Assembly: GCA_950097015.1 (NCBI GenBank)
Contig: CATNEN010000039.1
Location: 17,174,001-17,238,000 of the forward strand
DNA length: 64,000 nucleotides
DNA from: Macrostomum hystrix
Taxonomy: Eukaryota; Animalia; Platyhelminthes
Reading direction: 5' to 3'
Positions 25,430 to 35,900 of the stretch are shown in pieces; the first letter of the stretch is position 1, and the number at the start of each line of letters is the position of its first letter. A program made the translations under genes and the position numbers. Under the pieces are notes generated by a model that was not told the origin of the DNA, did no database searches, and saw only the letters and a list, made by a program, of their open reading frames with translations.

Positions 25430-27355
25430 TTGTATTTAGTGCCATTTTGGTTCTGTATTTAGTGCCATTTTGGTTCTGTATTTAGTGCCATTTTGGTTCT
25501 GTATATAGCTCCATTTATTGGTTCTGTATTCAGTGCCATTTTGGTTCTGTATATAGTGCCATTTTGGTTCTGTATTTAGTGCCATTTTGATTCTGTATTT
25601 AGTGCCATTTTGGTTCTGTATATAGCTCCATTTATTGGTTCTGTATTCAGTGCCATTTTGGTTCTGTATTTAGTGCCATTTTGGTTCTGTATTTAGTGCC
25701 ATTTTGGTTCTGTATTTAGTGCCATTTTGGTTCTGTATTTAGTGCCATTTTGGTTCTGTATATAGCTCCATTTTGGTTCTGTATTCAGTGCCATTTTGGT
25801 TCTGTATTTAGTGCCATTTTGGTTCTGTATATAGTGCCATTTTGGTTCTGTATTCAGTGCCATTTTGGTTCCGTATTTAGTGCCATTTTGGTTCTGTATT
25901 TAGTGCCATTTTGGTTCTGTATTTAGTGCCATTTTGGTTCTGTATATAGTGCCATTTTGGTTCTGTATTCAGTGCCATTTTGGTTCTGTATATAGTGCCA
26001 TTTTGGTTCTGTATTTAGTGCCATTTTGATTCTGTATTTAGTGCCATTTTGGTTCTGTATATAGCTCCATTTATTGGTTCTGTATTCAGTGCCATTTTGG
26101 TTCCGTATTTAGTGCCATTTTGGTTCTGTATTTAGTGCCATTTTGGTTCTGTATTTAGTGCCATTTTGGTTCTGTATTTAGTGCCATTTTGGTTCTGTAT
26201 ATAGCTCCATTTTGGTTCTGTATTCAGTGCCATTTTGGTTCTGTATTTAGTGCCATTTTGGTTCTGTTTATAGTGCCATTTTGGTTCTGTATTCAGTGCC
26301 ATTTTGGTTCCGTATTTAGTGCCATTTTGGTTCTGTATTTAGTGCCATTTTGGTTCTGTATTCAGTGCCATTTTGGTTCCGTATTCAGTGCCATTTTGGT
26401 TCTGTATTCAGTGCCATTTTGGTTCCGTATTCAGTGCCATTTCGGTTCCGTATTCAGTGCCATTTTGGTTCTGTATTCAGTGCCATTTTGGTTCTGTATT
26501 CAGTGCCATTTTGGTTCTGTATTCAGTGCCATTTTGGTTCTGTATTCAGTGCCATTTTGGTTCTGTATTCAGTGCCATTTTGGTTCCGTATTCAGTGCCA
26601 TTTCGGTTCCGTATTCAGTGCCATTTTGGTTCTGTATTCAGTGCCATTTTGGTTCTGTATTCAGTGCCATTTTGGTTCTGTATTCAGTGCCATTTTGGTT
26701 CTGTATTCAGTGCCATTTTGGTTCTGTATTCAGTGCCATTTTGGTTCCGTATTCAGTGCCATTTTGGTTCTGTATTCAGTGCCATTTTGGTTCCGTATTC
26801 AGTGCCATTTTGGTTCTGTATTCAGTGCCATTTTGGTTCCGTATTCAGTGCCATTTTGGTTCCGTATTCAGTGCCATTTTGGTTCCGTATTCAGTGCCAT
26901 TTCGGTTCCGTATTCAGTGCCATTTTGGTTCCGTATTCAGTGCCATTTTGGTTCTGTATTCAGTGCCATTTTGGTTCTGTATTCAGTGCCATTTTGGTTC
27001 TGTATTCAGTGCCATTTTGGTTCCGTATTCAGTGCCATTTCGGTTCCGTATTCAGTGCCATTTTGGTTCTGTATTCAGTGCCATTTTGGTTCTGTATTCA
27101 GTGCCATTTTGGTTCCGTATTCAGTGCCATTTTGGTTCTGTATTCAGTGCCATTTTGGTTCTGTATTTAGTGCCATTTTGGTTCTGTATTCAGTGCCATT
27201 TTGGTTCTGTATTCAGTGCCATTTTGGTTCCGTATTCAGTGCCATTTTGGTTCCGTATTCAGTGCCATTTTGGTTCTGTATTTAGTGCCATTTTGGTTCC
27301 GTATTCAGTGCCATTTTGGTTCTGTATTCAGTGCCATTTTGGTTCTGTATTCAGT
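25430..27355. repeat. 23-bp minisatellite (AGTGCCATTTTGGTTCTGTATTY)
   Basis: Direct inspection. Confidence 0.95.
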
Positions 27356-27905
27356 GTGTATATACTGTGTACTTTAACTATACCAAAAATGAAAGTGTAA
27401 ATTTTATAATTACTATTGTAGAATTTTATCTTTAATAAAAACGTTAACTTACGTTGTTAAGTTGCTGAAGAATGTTAAAAGATGAAGCCCTGCTGTTGAA
27501 AGTGATCAGTTCTTGTCTGATTGCAAGAATTCAATATCAAAGACAGTTTCAGGCACAGTTTGCACTTGTCAAATAGTAGTAGGACTTCCGTGCTAACATT
27601 GATTACCGAAGCCGCTTCACCACGGGATAATTTAGGGATCGGGTGGGATACGGAAGGGGTGGAAGGGAGGGAGAACTGAAGAAAACGATAGTAAGGATAG
27701 GAAAGGAGTGGCTGTGTTTGTAGCTGCCAATCAGAAGAAGTTGAGACTTGCTTTAACTAGCCTTGGGGTTGGGTGACTGCACAAGAGAATCAAGTTGTCT
27801 TTGAGTTGGGCTTCTCTTAAGGGATCTCCGATTAAAGATGTGGCAACATTTGTAGGGCCTTTGAATGCTTCTTTACGTGCAATAGAATTGATTGTCATCT
27901 AGGAC

Positions 27906-28400
27906 ATGGAGGATGACCGCACTGAAGGGTCATATGGAATGGAGGATGACCGCACTGAAGGGTCATATGGAATGGAGGATGACCGCACTGAAGGGTCATA
28001 TGGAATGGAGTATGACCGCACAGAAGGGTCATATGGAATGGAGTATGACCGCACTGAAGGGTCATATGGAATGGAGGATGACCGCACTGAAGGGTCATAT
28101 GGAATGGAGTATGACCGCACTGAAGGGTCATATGGAATGGAGGATGACCGCACTGAAGGGTCATATGGAATGGAGGATGACCGCACTGAAGGGTCATATG
28201 GAATGGAGGATGACCGCACTGAAGGGTCATATTGAATGGAGGATGACCGCACTGAAGGGTCATATTGAATGGAGGATGACCGCACTGAAGGATCATATGG
28301 AATGGAGGATGACCGCACTGAAGGGTCATATGGAATGGAGGATGACCGCACTGAAGGGTCATATGGAATGGAGGATGACCGCACTGAAGGGTCAAATAGA
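27906..28400. repeat. 33-bp minisatellite (ATGGAGGATGACCGCACTGAAGGGTCATATGGA)
   Basis: Direct inspection. Confidence 0.95.
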
Positions 28401-28763
28401 ATGGATTTCCTAAATTACATTTTACTTGTGTGAGTTTGGTTCTCAACAGCAAAGCAAACAGGTCTATTAGTGTTTTTTCGGTCGAAATTTTTTGCTTTTA
28501 GATTTTGATCTGCCTTTTTGTGTATTTGAAATGAATGCTCTGTTATTTACAATAGGCGTACCATTTCAAAGCTTCATACTCAGTTGATTTAATCCAGATA
28601 TTTCGATTTGCAAGAACATTTATGAGACGGCTAGTTTTCTTCTCAAACGAATTCCAAAGAGGCGAAAAAAGAGAAAATAAAATATAATTCCTCCCTCTTT
28701 CGTTACCTAAACTGCTAAGTCAGCACTACTGCGAGTAGACATGAAGAGACTTGCTCTTGATTA

Positions 28764-29622
28764 AGTGAGTGAGGAAGAAGCTGGTTCTAGGCTGAGTGAG
28801 TGAGGAGGGAAGCTGGTTCTAGGCTGAGTGAGTGAGGAGGGAAGCTGGTTCTAGGCTGAGTGAGTGAGGAGGGAAGCGGGTTCTAGGCTGAGTGAGTGAG
28901 GAGGGAAGCTGGTTCTAGGCTGAGTGAGTGAGGAGGGAAGCTGGTTCTAGGCTGAGTGAGTGAGGAGGGAAGCTGGTTCTAGTCTGAGTGAGTGAGGAGG
29001 GAAGCTGGTTCTATGCTGAGTGAGTGAGGAGGGAAGCTGGTTCTAGTCTGAGTGATTAAGGAGGGAAGCTGGTTCTAGGCTGAGTGAGTGAGGAGGGAAG
29101 CTGGTTCTAGGCTGAGTGAGTGAGGAGGGAAGCTGGTTCTAGGCTGAGTGAGTGAGGAAGCTGGTTCTAAGCTGAGTGAGTGAGGAGGGAAGCTGGTTCT
29201 AGGCTGAGTGAGTGAGGAGGGAAGCTGGTTCTAGGCTGAGTGAGTGAGGAGGGAAGCTGGTTCTAGGCTGAGTGAGTAAGGAGGGAAGCTGGTTCTAAGC
29301 TGAGTGAGTGAGGAGGGAAGCTGGTTCTAGGCTGAGTGAGTGAGGAGGGAAGCTGGTTCTAGGCTGAGTGAGTGAGGAGGGAAGCTGGTTCTAGGCTGAG
29401 TGAGTAAGGAGGGAAGCTGGTTCTAAGCTGAGTGAGTGAGGAGGGAAGCTGGTTCTAGGCTGAGTGAGTGAGGAGAGAAGCTGGTTCTAGGCTGAGTGAG
29501 TGAGGAAGCTGGTTCTAAGCTGAGTGAGTGAGGAGGGAAGCTGGTTCTAAGCTGAGTGAGTGAGGAGGGAAGCTGGTTCTAGGCTGAGTGAGTGAGGAGT
29601 GAAGCTGGTTGAATGGTGAGTG
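28764..29622 (+). repeat. 32-bp minisatellite (GCTGGTTCTAGGCTGAGTGAGTGAGGAGGGAA), array 1
   Basis: Direct inspection. Confidence 0.95.
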
Positions 29623-29937
29623 AGAAGACAATATTCAGACTCAGAATTATACAATTCACTAAAGTAATTTTTTGCAGATTCTATTGCTTTCAAAGTTGCA
29701 CGAACTCATTCAGCTGAGACGTGCAATCCGATTGTATTTTACTGTTTATTTGAAGCAAGCAGTTTTGATCAATTGGATGATGAAAACGAAACGACGCAAA
29801 AATATAGGTAGTATTTCATTGTAATTCAGTCTGATAAGTACTGCCAGTACAAGCAAAAGTTAGTAATAAAAAAATACGACAGACATTCATGAAAATTTCG
29901 ATGTCCTTGACTTCTGATTACTAGCTTGGCTTAGTGT

Positions 29938-32900
29938 TCAACACGCCTGTAGTAGGTACAGCGAGTCTTTCGTAGCAGCGAAGATGTCGATGACCCACGA
30001 CTTCGACTTGCCGGCGTTTCTGGCGCCTTCCATCAGCGGTTGCTCGTTCAGACAGCAGATGGCGACGAAGGACTGACCGCCTTCAGAAGCCGGGTGGGTC
30101 AGCGCGACGCAGCCCAGCTCCTCGCTGACGCTGTAGATGTTTCCCTTGTCTCTGCACAGGGTTAGCAGCCGCTGGATGGCTTCGTCTCCAGCTGGGGCCG
30201 ACTCGTCTGCCGACGATCGGGGCGACGGTAGGGCGAGGAGTCGACCTGGCTGTAGGCCCTCGAATTTCCAGTTACTGACCTGCCGAGGGTGAAAAATAAT
30301 TTGACAGTCACTCACTGACATTGTTGGAATTTGCTGTCAGCACTACTGCGAGTAGACGTAAATAGACTTGCTTAAGTGTGAGTGAGGAGGAAGCTGGTTC
30401 TAGGCTGAGTGAGTGAGGAGGGAAGCTGGTTCTAGGCTGAGTGAGTGAGGAGGGAAGCTGTTTCTAGGCTGAGTGAGGGGGAAGCTGGTTCAAGGCTGAG
30501 TGAGTGAGGAGGGAAGCTGGTTCTAGGCTGAGTGAGTGAGGAGGAAGCTGGTTCTAGGCTGAGTGAGTGAGGAGGGAAGCTGGTTCTAGGCTGAGTGAGT
30601 GAGGAGGGAAGCTGTTTCTAGGCTGAGTGAGGGAGACGCTGGTTCTAGGCTGAGTGAGTGAGGAGGGAAGCTGGTTCTAGGCTGAGTGAGTCAGGAGGGA
30701 AGCTGGTTCTAGGCTGAGTGAGTGAGGAGGGAATCTGTTTCTAGGCTGAGTGAGGGGGAAGCTGGTTCTAGGCTGTGTGAGTCAGGAGGGAAGCTGGTTC
30801 TAGGCTGAGTGAGTGAGGAGAAAGCTGGTTCTAGGCTGAGTGAGTGGGGAGGGAAGCTGGTTCTAGGCTGAGTGAGTGGGGAGGGAAGCTGGTTCTAGGC
30901 TGAGTGAGTGAGGAGGGAAGCTGGTTCTAGGCTGAGTGAAGAGGAAGCTGGTTCTAGGCTGAGTGAGTGGGGAAGGAAGCTGGTTCTAGGCTGAGTGAGT
31001 CAGGATGGAAGCTGGTTCTAGGCTGAGTGAGTCAGGAGGGAAGCTGGTTCTAGGCTGAGTGAGTGGGGAGGGAAGCTGGTTCTAGGCTGAGTGAGTCAGG
31101 AGGGAAGCTGGTTCTAGGCTGAGTGAGTGAGGAGGGAAGCTGGTTCTAGGCTGAGTGAGTGAGGAGGGAAGCTGGTTCTAGGCTGAGTGAGTGAGGAGGG
31201 AAGCTGTTTCTAGGCTGAGTGAGGGGGACGCTGGTTCTAGGCTGAGTGAGTGAGGAGGGAAGCTGGTTCTAGGCTGAGTGAGTGAGGAGGGAAGCTGGTT
31301 CTAGGCTGAGTGAGGGGGACGCTGGTTCTAGGCTGAGTGAGGAGGAAGCTGGTTCTAGACTGAGTGAGGAGGGAAGCTGGTTCTAGGCTGAGTGAGTGAG
31401 GAGGAAGCTGGTTCTAGGCCGAGTGAGTGAGGAGGGAAGCTGGTTCTAGGCTGTGTGAGTCAGGAGGGAAGCTGGTTCTAGGCTGTGTGAGTGAGGAGGG
31501 AAGCTGGTTCTAGGCTGAGTGAGTGAGGAGGGAAGCTGGTTCTAGGCTGAGTGAGGGGGACGCTGGTTCTAGGCTGAGTGAGGAGGAAGCTGGTTCTAGA
31601 CTGAGTGAGGAGGGAAGCTGGTTCTAGGCTGAGTGAGTGAGGAGGAAGCTGGTTCTAGGCCGAGTGAGTGAGGAGGGAAGCTGGTTCTAGGCTGTGTGAG
31701 TCAGGAGGGAAGCTGGTTCTAGGCTGTGTGAGTGAGGAGGGAAGCTGGTTCTAGGCTGAGTGAGTGAGGAGGAAGCTGGTTGTCAACTGTGAGTGAGAGG
31801 AATATGGTAGTAAAATTATAATACTCCACTGTACGAGAATAAACCGGTGTTGTTTAGTTTTACGAGTGCATATTTTTACACGAACTCAGAATGAACGCGT
31901 TAAAACTTGATTGAGCATTTAGATCAGTGCAAACTCTGCTATGTGGATGCATTGGCAACTAGAGTAATGAAAATACACAGTAATTAGTATCTGTGTGAAA
32001 ATCAGTCGAATGAATAAATGTTAGAGTTGCATTATAGACTTGTCTCTAGGATGCAACGCTTTGATTAGTCTATGGTCTAAAGTCTGCTGCGCAACCCCTG
32101 TACGGACATGAAATCAGAGAAGCTATCAATCTATTTAAGCAACACTAATTTTTAGCTTAACTAAAAGTGCATGCGGCAGCAGCTATGACCCAATACATCT
32201 ATAAGAAGAGTTGCGGAATCGCGCATACGAACTGCACCGTCGGTGCGATGACGGCTGCAGCGCCGTCAGCCCAGAAGCTCGTGGCTCCGACAGTCGAGAT
32301 GAGGCCCAGACGGACTAGAAGAGCCCGTTTAGTGCACTTCATCCGGCGATTGTTCACTGCGCCACTACTAGCACCGCCTGAAGTTGTTGACTGCGGACTA
32401 GGCTGTGGACTTGGCGCTGTTCCTTCGACTCAAGCCTGCTCAGATGACGACGAAACCGATGATGTCAGCTGCCGCCAGACTTGCACACAGTTGCAGCAGC
32501 AGCACTCGTGCCAAAGTCCCCACTGTAGAATTCAACATCGCGGTTCCATCCGCTATCGGCTCGTCATCAAGTTGGTCGAGGCGGACGGCTCGGCGTCTCC
32601 GCCCAATCAGGACACGCCTCGTCCGACTCCTTCGCCGCCGCCGACGCCGCCGAAGCGGCCCTCCCAGCCGAACAGAATTACGCCAAACTCCATCTCTGCC
32701 GAGTTTCGTCAGGCGGCATTTCCGCTGGAGGCATTTCCATCGACTGACTCCCGTCAAACCAGCTGTTCCGATGCTGCTACAGCGATGCCTGCAGAACAAG
32801 CGACTGAGTTTTCAACGCCTAGACGCCCAGCTCCATCGTTGCAGCCTTCGACACTGAGTTCGACAGGGTCGTTGTTAACGAAGGACCAGCCTGAAGTTCT

Positions 32901-35900
32901 GAACCGCAATGCCCCCAATACTGGTGGTTCTGTCAACGCTAGTCTGCAGCGAGCTCCATTGAGCCTGCGGGAGCTGATTGCCTCATCGCACGCGGACAAA
33001 AGGCTTGAAGTGCCAGCAGAAGCTGATGCTTCTGTAAGGTGCAAAACATTTCCCAAATTACACAAGGTCACCGCTCAAATTCTGTGGCAGCATCTGGAGA
33101 CCACGGCTCTGCTACCGCCGCCGCCAACAAGCAGATCTGCAATCACCACTAAGATGACGCTTGTGGACATTGGTGCTCATAATTGCCTGCTACAGGTGCA
33201 CCAGGAGAAGCAGTCCACTGTGAAGGACGGACCTCCAACAGATCTGGCAGTTTTTCAAGCCCGAGATTGCGAATTTCGCGGTCGCGTTTGCATGGTCGCC
33301 CAGATTCCAAGACTCTCGCGCATGCCAGACATTGCTGAAACTGTTGAAGGCTCAAATCAGCGGGCCGAAGCTGACTCGAAGCAGTCTGTGGCAACTGACG
33401 CTGTGGATCATGCGACAGCGACAAGACCCGAGTCGACAACGGCGTTCGTTGGTCGCGTTGCACAGACGGTGCAACGGTTCAATTCCATGTCGATACCGAA
33501 TATGAAGGAAGCTGTCAAGAAGTCAGCAGTTGTGATTCCAAAAACGATCATTCAGCAGAGGCAGCTGCGTCAGAACAACCTGCTGCAGAAGAGGCTAGGC
33601 GAGCTGAAGCATAATAATCAATATTCAGTTTCAGCAACGGCGTCGTCGAAAACGACCGCTGAAGTCAGGCCTGTGCTTAGAGCCACCAGTGAGAAGGAAC
33701 CTATTTCAATAGTCGACACGAATTGTGTTCAAACTGCTGAGTCAGCTGATACCAAGACAAGGATGAGCCTGTCCGACCTGTTGGCTCGATTTGAGTCTCT
33801 CGACAGGCGCAGGTGTGAACGAACGGCAGCTTCAAAGGCGATGGCTAGCGAGGCAGCGGCCAGGGTGGCATCGGCTGGGCTGAAGACGCCAGCTTCAACT
33901 GCTCCACTTGAGCTGCCTCAACCGGCCATAGAAATGGTTGCTGACGCCTCGACGGTAGGTAAGGACAAACCTTGCCTCTCAGGCGAAGTGAATCCTGAGA
34001 CTCAGCAGCGACTGGAAATCTCAGAATCGAATGTTCAATTCTCGTGTGCCGACATCTTAATTTACTTCTTCGTGGTACTGCTAGTACTGATAGTAGCCTA
34101 TGTAATACATACTGAATTAATTTAAATACTACTTAAAGTAGATTACAGGGACCGAAACGCCTAATTATTTCACTTTGATCAATGTCTTAGCAGAGCATTT
34201 TTAGCCCAAATTCTGATTTTATTTTTGCTTCCATTCTCTGGAAGTTTATTACTTTTTTCTCCCAGTAAGTTGGCAGAATTTTACGACGCATTACAAATAC
34301 CAATAGCAGCGATAGTCATACGAATACTTCATTTTTGCTGTCAATTAACTCAAAATATATTAGACTAATTAGTCAGCACTTCACTCTGAGAGTAGTTGCT
34401 GAGCAGCAGATTCTGGTAGAAATTGCTAAAATAATGCCGAATTCTCAATCTGGCTAATTCAGAAATAAAGCACACCAAAAACAGCGAAGGCAATGTGACA
34501 TAAAAACATATGCTTTAATATTTACTGTTGATTTTTTAACAAAACAAGACGCTTCCGTCCTTACTCAGCATAGAACCAGCTTCCCTCCTCACTCACTCAG
34601 CCTAGAACCAGCTTCCCTCCTCACTCACTCAGCCTAGAACCAGCTTCCCTCCTCACTCACTCAGCCTAGAACCAGCTTCCCTCCTCACTCACTCAGCATA
34701 GAACCAGCTTCCCTCCTCACTCACACAGCATAGAACCAGCTTCCCTCCTCACTCACTCAGCCTAGAACCAGCTTCCCTCCTCACTCACACAGCATAGAAC
34801 CAGCTTCCCTCCTCACTCACACAGCATAGAACCAGCTTTCCTCCTCACTCACACAGCATAGAACCAGCTTCCCTCCTCACTCAGCAATGAACCAGCTTCC
34901 CTCCTCACTCAGCAATGAACCAGCTTCCCTCCTCACTCAGCAATGAACCAGCTTCCCTCCTCACTCAGCAATGAACCAGCTTCCCTCCTCACTCAGCAAT
35001 GAACCAGCTTCCCTCCTCAATCACTCACACAGCCTAAAGCCAGCTTCCCTCCTCACTCACTCACACAGCCTAAAGCCAGCTTCCCTCCTCACTCACTCAC
35101 ACAGCCTAAAGCCAGCTTCCCTCCTCACTCACTCAGAATAGAACCAGCTTCCCTCCTCACTCACACAGCCTAGAACGAGCTCCTTGAGGAAACTCCTGGC
35201 TGCTCACCTTCATCCAGTCCTTGGTGCTTGCTGGCGCTGCTTCTTGCTTCTCAGCAGCCTCCGGTGGCGGTCGGCGCATCGGAAAGGACAACAGCCGATG
35301 CTTGACTTGGCCTGTGGCGAGGCCGTTGGGGCTGGAGGACTGTTGCATCGACACCCAGCAGCGCGGCACCTGACCCTCGGCATTCGTACAGGCAACGAAT
35401 TCCGGCCTGTGCCAGCTCCGAGTCCCCAGCTGGATTTTGAACAGTTTTCTTTTGAAGTCGTCGCTCATCTTAAAAATCTGCGAGCCGTGACCGTCGGGCG
35501 TCGGGCTGGCAACAACCAGCTGATCGTCGGTTGGGTCGATGTCGAATCCTAGGAACCGTGGCTGCGGTAGCTCCTTGGAGGCCTGAAACCAGAACAAAAT
35601 TCAGTCTGGAGACATTGTGTTTTTTTATTTAATATTTTCATTGAGGTTTTGTATTCTACACCGTATTTGCATCCGCCTCTCGCTCCCAGGTCCCTGAGCC
35701 CGATTCCGCGGCAAAGCCGCATTTATTTGGGTTGAAGCTGCGGAGAGAAGGCTTGGTGGCTTGTCGTGCAATCTACGCCCTTAAGGGCCAAGGCACTGAG
35801 AAAGTGTACACTGCCTGACGATGAGAAAGTCAGGGGCAGATGTACACACCAGTGTGAGTGTGTGCCTGCGTACAGTATCTGTGTGCGTGTGTGCTCATTA

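Noticed and set aside
10420-29622. CRISPR-like appearance of 20-39 bp repeats
   Set aside because: Units are head-to-tail with no unique spacers, there are no cas genes, and the context is eukaryotic.
32405-33463. Alternative-frame and antisense ORFs overlapping GC-rich exons (also 7701-8077, 37351-38248, 43321-43755, 53178-55437, 60357-60878)
   Set aside because: Shadow ORFs expected from GC-rich, stop-poor coding sequence.
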